Shown here: positions 8,732 to 17,688 of the stretch, one piece after another
Position numbering within the stretch: position 1 is the stretch's first letter
How the letters are laid out: the number at the start of each line of letters is the position of its first letter
DNA from: Bacteroidota bacterium
Lineage (GTDB): Bacteria > Bacteroidota > Ignavibacteria > UBA10030 > UBA8401
Length of the DNA: 64,000 bases
Direction of reading: 5' to 3'
Assembly (NCBI GenBank): GCA_035505655.1
Contig: DATJQP010000050.1
Coordinates: forward strand, 1,253-65,252
Translations under genes and position numbers: made by a program
The notes under the pieces: generated by a model
What the model was told of the DNA's origin: nothing
What the model saw: the letters and a program-made list of their open reading frames with translations, nothing else
The model's database searches: none

Positions 8732-11700
8732 TTACAGTTTGTTGGGACGTTCGTCTGGCTGGATAATCGCGATTTTCAAGATGCGATTACCCGCATTCGG
8801 TATTTCGATATAGGCCACATAGATTCCGCTTGCCACCGGAAGTCCCGCATTGTTCCGGAGATCCCATCGCTCGTACCCGGTTGTGTTGCTGTGCTGAATC
8901 GTCCTCAGCAGCGCGCCGGAGAGGTCGAAGATCCGGATCGTGACGACTTGCGGGAGGTTCGAGAAAGTCACAAAGCGGTTGTAGATGCTCGTCTCCGCCT
9001 CGTTCCGGGCAAAGTACGGGTTGGGGTAGACGTTGATCCTGCTGATATCCTGGTGGATCAGCGCCGTGCTTCCGTAGGTGTTCGCCGGCGGGACGAGGGT
9101 GAAAGCCGATGAAGCCGTTAACGGATAATTCGGAGTGACCGTGAATGCATCATCGGCATGGAACGTCGCGGTCGTGTCGGTCGTCCTCACCGACATCACG
9201 TACATCAGGTCCACGGCGCTTAGATCACCCGAGCCCATGTCAATCGGCTTGGTCGTGTCCGAGGACTTTTTCATGTATTTGGTCTGCGGGGTTGCGGCGT
9301 AATCCGACTTGAAGAACAGCAGAAGTTCGCCGCCACCATTGGCAGCGGTCGTCGGATCCCACTTTCCGTCGATCCTCCCTTTTCCGACGAACGATCCGTC
9401 CGCGGCATAGAGAGTATCGTTGTTCTCCACAAAACCAACGTTGAGTTGTCGCGGCGCGAAGGAACCGTCGAGCGAGTCGACTTCCCAGACCGTGAAAGGA
9501 ACGTCGACGTAGTCCTGGTAGACAACGCCCGAGCCCTTGTTGATGACGAACGGGGCAAACGACGGATCCTTGATGGGCTGAGCGGGGAACGTCCGGACGT
9601 TGGTCAGATAGCGGTATGCTTTCTGGCTGTTCGAGCCACCAAACTTAACCTGAATCTTCTGCAGGTCGTTCGGCCCGACGGAGCTGTTCTTACCGGTCCA
9701 TGCCTGGCCATCCGGGTACCCGATCCCTCCCTTGAACGCCTGGAGCTTGATGGTGTTTGAATCGTTGATTCCCTGGAACCACAGATGCGACGCGGGAACG
9801 TACCCCAGGGCCGTCGGAGTCTGCGTATCGAGCCTCAGACCCGGCGCATGAGTATAGACCTTGAATTGGATCCCGTCGATGATCGGAGATGCATCGTCCC
9901 CGGCCATGTCGGTGATGTTCGATTCAGTGAGGGCGTCGAGACCGCCTCCGGTGCGGGCAACATTCCACGAGGTGACGTTATTGCCCGTGCCGTTGAAGGT
10001 GAAGTTATAGGTCGCCCCGACCACCTGCCGCGGGTTGACGACCACCGGCTGAACCGCATCGTCGCCGTAGACTCCACGGTTCGTGAGGAGGATCTGACCG
10101 CTCGAGGAGCCGAGTTGATCGCCCACCGGCGTCTGCCGCGGGACAACGACGATCGGGTCCTTCGAGTTTTCCAGGGTCTGCGGAATCCCCGAACTGATGC
10201 CGGTCGAGTCGAAGTTGAAGGCATACGACGTGATGGCGAAGTAGTACTCCTTGCCGTTCACGAGAGGATTGCCAGTAAGGTAATCCTTGTTGATGGTGAT
10301 GGTCCTCTTGATGCCGCTGTCCGATCCCAACTCCACCGGCAATTGAAGCGTCAGGCCGGTCGTTGGATCGTTCGTGGCATCGACGATGATCTTGATACCG
10401 TCAACAACATCATAGGTGGCGATTCTTGTCGCATCGGACGCGGAACTGTTCGCCGCGAGCTGGTAGACGTTGTATCCCTCAAATTTGTAGTTCTTTGCCG
10501 TGCCGACGAAATTGTAGGTTTCGGTCGTGTCGTACTTCAGCGGGTCACCCCACGAAAGGACGATCTGATCCGAAAGGTCGCCGACATTGACGACGGGCTG
10601 CGGCGGCGGGCTCGCGACCGCAAAGTTCCTGTTAAAGGCTTCCTGCGCCACGTCAACGAACCGGCGGAGGAGGACGACGCTTCCCAGCCTGTCGGCTCCC
10701 TGCGCGATCGCAAAACCACCGACGATCTCTTCGGTGTCACCCTGCGCGAGGGTGAAAGGACCCGTAGAGATCATTCCCCGAACGTCTTGCGGTGCGTACC
10801 CGGACCTGGTCATCGTCCATCCCGTTTCGGTCACCGGGTCGCCAGGGAACACAAACCTGCCGGGGAGATTCGTGATGGGGTCGATGATCGGCTGGTGTGT
10901 CGTTCCGCTGATCCCGTTCTGATACTCATACGCGGCACGCGAGAATCCGGGGTCTCCAAGGGGAGGATCCTGGAGCGGACCGGTATGCGTGTTGAAGTAG
11001 ACCGAGTGCGAATACGCTTTCAGATTCTTGTATCCGTGCCGGTACACCCCTTCGATGATGGCACTGTCGGTCGGATTGCCTGGAACCTGAGGACCTTCGA
11101 AGAAAACGAAGCCGTCCGACGGGGGCTTGCTGCCGTAGCCGACCGCGGTCCCGTCGTCGTTGTCGCCGTTGTAGACGTAGGTCAGATTCCTCACGGTGTC
11201 ACAAGCGATCATATCATCATTTCCGTCGCCAAGGTCGGTGTCAGCCCACATCGAGATGAAAACGCTGTCGTAATCGGCGTCGCTCTTGTTGATGATCTTC
11301 CAGCGCATGAACATGATGTTGCCGAGAGCGCCAGGCTGGTTGAAACCGAAGTAGGTGGCCTGGATTTCAATTCCCATCGGGGCGGTAACACCCGTCTTCG
11401 TATGGTTCCCGATGTTTGCGTCGTTGTAGACGCACCAGATCTGCTGGTCGCCGTAGAGCTTCGGCTTGTCGATGCCGGGATCCCAAACGCCGTTTCCGTT
11501 GACATCGATGTACGGCGCGCCGAGATCGCCGGGCCAGTTGTCGTAGTCCGGGTTTCTCGCCGAGGCGGGAAGATTGGCGTCGCTGCGGTTGACCTTGTAG
11601 AGATGATACTTTGCGTCAGCCGGAGTCGCCGCTGCGCTCGGATCGTTCGTCGTGGTGTTGAATGTCGATGTGATAGGACCCGGCTGGTATTCGGTCTGGT

Positions 11701-12016
11701 AGTCTTCGACTGCGGTCCGAAATTGACCGGTGGGCCGATGGACGCCGACGACCCAGATGCCCGCAGTGTAGACCGCGGTGTGATTCGTTCCCTTCGGCCA
11801 GAACAAACCGGCTGAGGTCGTCCTGAGGTAATCGCAGTACGGTCCCGCACTGTTGATCGTACATTGGATAGTGTTGCCGTCGAAGAATTTCCACTCCTGG
11901 ATGGCCACCTTATGCAAAGGTTCCGGTGTCTTGCCGGTGCTCCCTGCGTTCTCCCTCGCGAATCCGAACTGCGCCGCCACTGCAAGGAGGAGCACAACTC
12001 TGAGATACAGTTTCAT
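8732..12016 (-). CDS. large secreted protein of unknown function with T9SS type-A C-terminal sorting domain
   Basis: Up to 1109 aa in the track; ATG at 12016 preceded by GGGAG RBS and followed by signal peptide MKLYLRVVLLLAVAAQFGFA; C-terminus INVYPNPYF...GIYVAYIEI...ILKIAII is Por secretion tail. Confidence 0.7.
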   Translation of the reverse strand: MKLYLRVVLLLAVAAQFGFARENAGSTGKTPEPLHKVAIQEWKFFDGNTIQCTINSAGPYCDYLRTTSAGLFWPKGTNHTAVYTAGIWVVGVHRPTGQFRTAVEDYQTEYQPGPITSTFNTTTNDPSAAATPADAKYHLYKVNRSDANLPASARNPDYDNWPGDLGAPYIDVNGNGVWDPGIDKPKLYGDQQIWCVYNDANIGNHTKTGVTAPMGIEIQATYFGFNQPGALGNIMFMRWKIINKSDADYDSVFISMWADTDLGDGNDDMIACDTVRNLTYVYNGDNDDGTAVGYGSKPPSDGFVFFEGPQVPGNPTDSAIIEGVYRHGYKNLKAYSHSVYFNTHTGPLQDPPLGDPGFSRAAYEYQNGISGTTHQPIIDPITNLPGRFVFPGDPVTETGWTMTRSGYAPQDVRGMISTGPFTLAQGDTEEIVGGFAIAQGADRLGSVVLLRRFVDVAQEAFNRNFAVASPPPQPVVNVGDLSDQIVLSWGDPLKYDTTETYNFVGTAKNYKFEGYNVYQLAANSSASDATRIATYDVVDGIKIIVDATNDPTTGLTLQLPVELGSDSGIKRTITINKDYLTGNPLVNGKEYYFAITSYAFNFDSTGISSGIPQTLENSKDPIVVVPRQTPVGDQLGSSSGQILLTNRGVYGDDAVQPVVVNPRQVVGATYNFTFNGTGNNVTSWNVARTGGGLDALTESNITDMAGDDASPIIDGIQFKVYTHAPGLRLDTQTPTALGYVPASHLWFQGINDSNTIKLQAFKGGIGYPDGQAWTGKNSSVGPNDLQKIQVKFGGSNSQKAYRYLTNVRTFPAQPIKDPSFAPFVINKGSGVVYQDYVDVPFTVWEVDSLDGSFAPRQLNVGFVENNDTLYAADGSFVGKGRIDGKWDPTTAANGGGELLLFFKSDYAATPQTKYMKKSSDTTKPIDMGSGDLSAVDLMYVMSVRTTDTTATFHADDAFTVTPNYPLTASSAFTLVPPANTYGSTALIHQDISRINVYPNPYFARNEAETSIYNRFVTFSNLPQVVTIRIFDLSGALLRTIQHSNTTGYERWDLRNNAGLPVASGIYVAYIEIPNAGNRILKIAIIQPDERPNKL

Positions 12017-12069
12017 GCTATTAACTCCCGGGTAAGTGAATTTCATATCCATAGTCCGCATTGCAGGAA

Positions 12070-15000
12070 CTAGAACTCTAGCTTCGCACCCACACGGATG
12101 ACCCTTGGCGTTCCGTAGAAGTCGGTCCTGTCTTCAAGGTATTGATAGATCTTCTGTGCTTCGGGTCCGTATTGCTGAACCCAGTTCTGCCCTGTCGCCG
12201 TCGCAAGCCAGCCGTCGTCGTTCGCCAACCCGGTCGCCTCGTAGATATTGGTGACGTTCTGAGTGTTAAGGAGGTTGACGACCCAGACGTAGATGTCGAG
12301 GGTGTTGTTGCCGAAGACCGGCACGGCCTTGTCAAGCCGCAGGTCAAGCTGGAAGTTCCAGGGAGCCGTCGACGAGTTGAGATCTTCAAACGGCGTTGGC
12401 GCGTTGATCGGGAAGAAATTGCTGCTCACCGTCTGCGTCGTATACCGCCGGCCGCTCGTGAAGGAGAAGAGCAGATTGGCTCCCGCCCGCTCGAGAATCT
12501 TCGAGTCGAAGAGCGTGGGACCGTCATTGGCGTCATACCGGTAGTCGAGACTCACGTTGCCGAATGCGGTACGGTCGAAATCTGTCGGAGCAGGAATCAC
12601 CGGGAAATACGGTCGCCCGGTGGGACCGCTGTTGTCCTGCCATGCGATGTCGAAGTGGCTTCCTGATGCCGAACCGGTGGCAAGGGAGCTCTGGAGTGTC
12701 AGGTTGGAGGTCATCGCAATGCGGTTCGTTCTCCGGACGTCGAATCGGAAGGAAAGTCCTCGCACCGTCCCGAAGTCGCCGTTTTCGTTGCTGATGTACG
12801 CCGAATACTGCGCGCCCGGCTCCGGCACAACCTGCCGGATCACGATGAGGTCCTTCGTGTTCTTATAGAAGAGAGAAAGATCGAAGGCCGAGATCTGGCC
12901 AAGCTGCTGGCGGAATCCGATCTGGTAGTCGGTCGTCCGTTCCGGCTTCAGGTTCGGGTTCGGGAACTGACGGGCGTATCCACCCTGCAGGAACCGTCCC
13001 TGGACGGCGCGGGAATCATAGAGATCGCTGAGGGCTGCCTGGGCGACAAACTTGCCGTACTCCGCATGGAAGACGGTCTGGTCGCTCACCGGGAACGAAA
13101 ATCCGAGACGCGGGCTCACCTGAAGCGTCGCATCCTGCGCGATGAGAGACGAATCCGCGACAAGCGGGATTCCGTCAATCGACTCAAGCCCGATCAATCC
13201 GGGATCCCTGAATCCTTTGCCTCCCGGCGAAATATAGTCGAACCGAGCGCCGAGGTTAAGGATGAAGTCGGTGAGCTCGAACTTGTTCTGGACATACGCG
13301 CCCGCGGTCACCGGATGGCGCGCACCATCGTTTGGCAGGTTCACGGTCGTGCCTGTGTTGTCCGTAAAGGACCCGCCGTTGAACTTATTGCCGTAAATGT
13401 CGTAGCCGTAGTTGTTGACGTTCGCGGCATTATAGACAAACCAGTCGCTTTGGGTCGGATTCTGGAACCGTTCGAGGTTGAGGCCGAAGCCGTTCACAGA
13501 ATAGGACCGGATCGTGTAGTACTCGCCTTCGCCGCCAACCTTCAGCTCCCACTCTTTGCCGAACTCGTGAACGAAATCGAGTCGACCCTGGAAGCTCTCG
13601 CGGAGCGATTTCCCGTAATACCCGGCTGCGAGACCGTTCGGCGCGGCCTGCAGGGTTCCCGGGGCGCTGAAGGGGAAGCCGTAGATCTGCATCGTGGGGG
13701 GTTCCTCGCTGCGTCCGATCAAAGCCCAGTTGGCCGGGTTGTCCGGATTTCCGTACTCCGTGTAGTTCCTCCACAAGAGGGCGTCGCCGCTCTCCTGATA
13801 GTAGGTGAAGTACCCAACATTGACGGTGTAATAGGTCGCGGGGTTGAAGACCTGCGTCATCTTGACGTACGCCGAACCGTCGGTCGTCTGGGTTTCGCCC
13901 GGCCGGTACGTGTTCGTGAGGAGCTGGATGACGTCGAGGCTCTTTCCGACGGAAGAGTATTGCGTCTCCTGGTTGAAGGAGCCACCGACCTTCACGTTGA
14001 GGTTCGGATAATCAAAATAGATGTTCCCCTGGCCGCCCCACGAGTCGTTCGAAAGCCCGCCCAGGTTCCTGCCGCTCGTGATCCCCGTATTATTAAAGAG
14101 CTGGGCAAGCTTCGACCGCGCCGGCGTGCTTCCACCGGGGAGGGAGGTATAGATGCTTGAATCCTTGTTGATGACGGTATAATCGGTGTTGACGAACGCC
14201 GTCGAATCGAAGTTTCCGGGGAACTGCACTCCGTTGAGGAACGTGGCGTCACTCCGGTTGAAGATCCGTTCGCCGGCGGCGAAGAACTTCACATGCTGGT
14301 CGTTCTTCATGACCGGACCGCTCACCGTCAAGTTGTACTCGTTGAGGCCGTACGAATAGGTTCCGAGATACTTCTTCGTGCCACTCAGGAATCCGTCCGT
14401 GATCGCCTGGGCACTGAAGTTGTAGTTCGGGGTTCCGATCTTTGTCGTCGTATTAACGACGCCGGACATGGCACCGCCGTACTCGGCCGTCATACCGCCG
14501 ACCTGCGTCGAGACTTCCTCGATGGCATCGTTGATCACCGTGACGGCATTCTGGCGGTTGATGGGGTTCGTCGAGAGGACTCCGTCGACGTAGTACGCAA
14601 CCTCACCGGTCCGACCGCCGCGCATGTAGAGGTTTCCGCCCTGGGAGACAACGCCGCCGCTGAGGGCCACGATGTTCTGGACGCCGCGGACCGGCATGTT
14701 CGCGATCTGGTCCGCTTCCATATTGGCGACTTCGTTCGTCGCGCTCTTGTTCACGAGCGGCGCTTCAGCCACGATCACCCGCTCCTGCATCTGAACCCCT
14801 TCTTCTCCGTTCAGGCTGAAATTCCGTTCCGTGGTCAGGTCGACAGTGACCTCGACGTTCGAGACGACCACCGACTGGTACCCGAGATACGAGCACCGGA
14901 CCTTGTATTTCCCCGGCGGAACGTTGAGGACGAGATACACTCCGTTGACGTCAGTCGAGGCGCCCATACTCGTTCCCTCAAGGAGCACCGAGGCTCCGAC

Positions 15001-15129
15001 GAGCGCTTCTCCGCTCTTCACGTCGACAACCTTTCCGCGAATCTTACCCGTTGTCCCCGCCTGAACTGACACTGAGGCGAAGAGCAAGATAAGGGCCAAG
15101 CAAAGAACAGGCTGTAATTTTCTGAACAT
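12070..15129 (-). CDS. TonB-dependent outer-membrane receptor with N-terminal carboxypeptidase-regulatory-like domain
   Basis: ATG at 15129 preceded by AGGAGG (6-nt spacer) then signal peptide MFRKLQPVLCLALILLFASVSVQA; CarbopepD_reg-like domain (GKIRGKVVD...GKYKV), plug motifs (NLYMRGGRTGEVAYYVDGV), C-terminal ...RVGAKLEF. Confidence 0.8.
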   Translation of the reverse strand: MFRKLQPVLCLALILLFASVSVQAGTTGKIRGKVVDVKSGEALVGASVLLEGTSMGASTDVNGVYLVLNVPPGKYKVRCSYLGYQSVVVSNVEVTVDLTTERNFSLNGEEGVQMQERVIVAEAPLVNKSATNEVANMEADQIANMPVRGVQNIVALSGGVVSQGGNLYMRGGRTGEVAYYVDGVLSTNPINRQNAVTVINDAIEEVSTQVGGMTAEYGGAMSGVVNTTTKIGTPNYNFSAQAITDGFLSGTKKYLGTYSYGLNEYNLTVSGPVMKNDQHVKFFAAGERIFNRSDATFLNGVQFPGNFDSTAFVNTDYTVINKDSSIYTSLPGGSTPARSKLAQLFNNTGITSGRNLGGLSNDSWGGQGNIYFDYPNLNVKVGGSFNQETQYSSVGKSLDVIQLLTNTYRPGETQTTDGSAYVKMTQVFNPATYYTVNVGYFTYYQESGDALLWRNYTEYGNPDNPANWALIGRSEEPPTMQIYGFPFSAPGTLQAAPNGLAAGYYGKSLRESFQGRLDFVHEFGKEWELKVGGEGEYYTIRSYSVNGFGLNLERFQNPTQSDWFVYNAANVNNYGYDIYGNKFNGGSFTDNTGTTVNLPNDGARHPVTAGAYVQNKFELTDFILNLGARFDYISPGGKGFRDPGLIGLESIDGIPLVADSSLIAQDATLQVSPRLGFSFPVSDQTVFHAEYGKFVAQAALSDLYDSRAVQGRFLQGGYARQFPNPNLKPERTTDYQIGFRQQLGQISAFDLSLFYKNTKDLIVIRQVVPEPGAQYSAYISNENGDFGTVRGLSFRFDVRRTNRIAMTSNLTLQSSLATGSASGSHFDIAWQDNSGPTGRPYFPVIPAPTDFDRTAFGNVSLDYRYDANDGPTLFDSKILERAGANLLFSFTSGRRYTTQTVSSNFFPINAPTPFEDLNSSTAPWNFQLDLRLDKAVPVFGNNTLDIYVWVVNLLNTQNVTNIYEATGLANDDGWLATATGQNWVQQYGPEAQKIYQYLEDRTDFYGTPRVIRVGAKLEF

Positions 15130-15420
15130 GGCTACCTCCTGAATGATCCAAAACCGAAAGAAGGAAACGTCCGACGCTGAATCGAACATCGAAGCGCTTC
15201 CAACATCATTATGCAATAAACTCTTGCAGCGACCGTCGTGTCCTTCCTACAGCATACTCGGGTTTTTGGGGATACTCTCTGCACCGAAGGGTTCACGCCT
15301 GCTTGACTCTACGGATGAAGCCTGGAGTTCGCGTGTGCCGGTGTCCTGATGAAGGGAATCCGCTCCCGCGGCACGCACCGCACTGAACCGAGGAGAACCG
15401 ATGTGGCAGTCTTGGAAAAC

Positions 15421-15530
15421 GGTCAACGGCGGCGCGATCGCGCGCGCCGCCCATGACCATTGGACACTTGGAAATGCCTCTCCCATGTTACCGGAGGCAG
15501 AGGACCGCCCGAAACCGGGCGATCCTCTGC
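15421..15530 (-). promoter_or_regulatory. two very stable GC-rich hairpins (15421-15458 and 15497-15530) between BNR-protein gene and TonB receptor gene
   Basis: GGTCA-ac-GGCGGCGCG-atcgcg-CGCGCCGCC-ca-TGACC (14 bp) and GCAGAGGACCGCCCG-aaac-CGGGCGATCCTCTGC (15 bp); no U-tract; 28 nt after BNR gene stop and ~300 nt upstream of receptor start. Confidence 0.4.
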
Positions 15531-15558
15531 ACGGACAAGCGAGAGTTCAACCGGAAGA

Positions 15559-17325
15559 TTACTTCAACAACATCATCTTCTTCACGGTCTCGAAGCTGCC
15601 GGCTTCCAACTTGTAGAAGTAGACGCCGGTGGAGAGCCTCGAAGCGTCGAACGTCAGCGTGTGAACGCCGGCGTTGTATGTGCCGGAGGCGACCGTGGCA
15701 ACTTCCTGGCCAAGCACGTTGTAGACCTTCAGGCTGATCGTGCTCGTCGCCGGGAGCGTGAACGAGATATTTGTCGTCGGGTTGAATGGGTTGGGATAGT
15801 TCTGGTCAAGCGAATAGCTCATCGGCGCACCGACCTGGCCGCCCCGAACCTCGACTAAATCCTGGGACAGCAAGCTGGAGACCGCGACCTTGAGGTGCTT
15901 CACGATGACCGTGGTGTCGGCATGGTTGCCCTGAACAGAATTGCCCTGGAGAGGCGACGTCAGATACACGAGGTGCAGGTTGGAGTCGACAAGGTCGGCC
16001 AACGAGGGATACGTGTTATCGGAGCCGGTCACCTGGGTCAGGTCCGTGGCGACTTTCCAGGTCGAGCCGCCGTTCGTCGAATAGGTGGCATAGACATGGT
16101 TGTAAGCCAGCGAGTCCGACGGAATGTCCGAGGAGGCGCCAAAGTAGGTCACATAGAGGTGGTTGCTGGCGTCCACACCGATATCCGGTCCGCAGATAAG
16201 TGCGCCGTCGACACCGGGCATGTAGGCCGAAGCCTTGTTGATGATCGTCGAGTCATTCTTCGGGAGTGCAACAGTCGAAATCTTTCCCGACGACTTGTCC
16301 CAATGAAGAATTGCGTTGCTCAGGGCGTAGTTCAGGACAGTCCGGTCCAATGAGTCGCCGATCGCCGTGAAGTTCGACCAGACAACATGGAGGTTTCCCG
16401 TGTTGTCATAGATCAACGATCCGCAGCCATCAGGCTGGAGCTGGGTCTGATTGTGCTTCAGGGTACCAGAGTCGGCCTTCACCGCATACACAAGGGTCTC
16501 GGTCCAGGTCGCGCCGGCATCGGTCGATTCGGTTACGTAGACATTATTGCCTGCAGCCCAATGGCCAACACCAACTTTGTCGACGCTTCCGCCCTTGTAA
16601 ACCGCGACATCATAGGCATCCGCATCGCCGGCACTCGCCGTCGCGAAGATCTTCTGATGGGCAGATGCTGTGTCCCACGTCGAACCGCCATCGGTCGATC
16701 TCATGAAATATGGGGTGTGGGTATCGGGAGTCCCTGGAGACCCGATTTCATAGACATTCGAACCCTTGCCGGTAGCCAACCTGGGCCAGTCAACACCGAG
16801 AGCGCCAGCCACGACGCCGGAGGAAGTCCAGGAACCAGCGCCCTTCGACGCGTCGAGATTCACCTCGGGGCCGACGTGAGAAATAATGATCTCAACGCCG
16901 CCTCCGTCTGAGAACTGGTCGATGTTGCCCCACCCACGACGAGCCGTCTCGACCTTCTTGAACGCCGACCACTTCGATCCGTCGTAGTATGCGTAGTACG
17001 TACCTCTGTCCGGATAGCCGCTCGTCTGCCAGCCGGCAACAACGCTTGCCATCCTACCAACTGCGAGAGTACCGTCACCAAAATTAACGATGTTGTGCAG
17101 CGGTCCGCCATTCGAGCCGAAGTCGTATCGCGCCATGCCGAGTGAATCGCCAGGCCCGTAAGTCGTAACCCCTTCACCGTGCGAATGAACCGTGCTCTGA
17201 GCCACGGCTGCCGGTCCGTACCCGAAATTCATCGGACCCTTCGCACGCGTTTTGTTGGTCCCCGCCAATGCCGCTGTACTCACAACAAGAAGGGCAACAA
17301 AAAAGTAGAAAAGTTTCGATTTCAT
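15559..17325 (-). CDS. BNR/Asp-box repeat (sialidase-like beta-propeller) secreted protein with T9SS type-A C-terminal sorting domain
   Basis: Start 17325 (GAGGAA RBS + signal peptide MKSKLFYFFVALLVVSTAALA); several SxDxGxTW BNR motifs (STDGGSTWD, STDAGATWT, STNGGSTWK); C-terminus NYPNPFNPTTNISF...GVYFYKL...KKMMLLK. Confidence 0.7.
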   Translation of the reverse strand: MKSKLFYFFVALLVVSTAALAGTNKTRAKGPMNFGYGPAAVAQSTVHSHGEGVTTYGPGDSLGMARYDFGSNGGPLHNIVNFGDGTLAVGRMASVVAGWQTSGYPDRGTYYAYYDGSKWSAFKKVETARRGWGNIDQFSDGGGVEIIISHVGPEVNLDASKGAGSWTSSGVVAGALGVDWPRLATGKGSNVYEIGSPGTPDTHTPYFMRSTDGGSTWDTASAHQKIFATASAGDADAYDVAVYKGGSVDKVGVGHWAAGNNVYVTESTDAGATWTETLVYAVKADSGTLKHNQTQLQPDGCGSLIYDNTGNLHVVWSNFTAIGDSLDRTVLNYALSNAILHWDKSSGKISTVALPKNDSTIINKASAYMPGVDGALICGPDIGVDASNHLYVTYFGASSDIPSDSLAYNHVYATYSTNGGSTWKVATDLTQVTGSDNTYPSLADLVDSNLHLVYLTSPLQGNSVQGNHADTTVIVKHLKVAVSSLLSQDLVEVRGGQVGAPMSYSLDQNYPNPFNPTTNISFTLPATSTISLKVYNVLGQEVATVASGTYNAGVHTLTFDASRLSTGVYFYKLEAGSFETVKKMMLLK

Positions 17326-17688
17326 TGTACAATTCCTCGGATTGTGGATAGGATTGGTTACGTGAAACAAAAAGACCTCTACCGACTCAATGGTGTTCTC
17401 CTCCTTTCGTTGAGCCGCAACTTAGTGATCAGTATGTCGTATAATTAAATTTAGGAAAGTCAGTGGGGGAAATATAAAAAGTTGAGCATGTATTGTCAAG
17501 TAGACGCCTATCTAAATTATTGAAAAATCTAGGGGAACGGGGAGACGACTCTCACTCCGTCTGATCGCTCCTTCGAAGCCTCCTTTTCCTGTTTCGCCTG
17601 AATCTCTCCCTCTTCCATTCGATAAACCGGACCGCCTCCTTCACAGTGAGATCGGGGCGGTCGCCTCCCCGGAATTCCGTCCCCATTT

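Noticed and set aside
9785-11815. Long antisense ORFs in the track (e.g. 9785-11815 +, 13066-14160 +, 25167-26936 +, 38244-40481 +, 41372-42994 +, 43352-45826 +, 45913-48003 +, 48250-50316 +, 57251-58369 -, 59255-60514 -, 61236-62297 -, 62477-63469 -)
   Set aside because: All lie antisense to strongly conserved genes. They have Arg/Asp/Gly/Glu-rich low-complexity translations typical of high-GC shadow ORFs, and no RBS or conserved motifs.
12061-12061. Upstream ATG starts (12061 for the 1109-aa protein, 17370 for the BNR protein, 15216 TTG for the receptor)
   Set aside because: Downstream ATGs at 12016, 17325 and 15129 each have a purine-rich RBS at the right spacing and are followed immediately by a classic signal peptide, whereas the upstream starts lack an RBS.
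15130-15558. Possible cobalamin or TPP riboswitch upstream of the TonB-dependent receptor
   Set aside because: I looked for the B12 box (GCCACTG) and the TPP CUGAGA/ACCUGAUCUGG elements on the minus strand. Neither is present; only GC palindromes were found.
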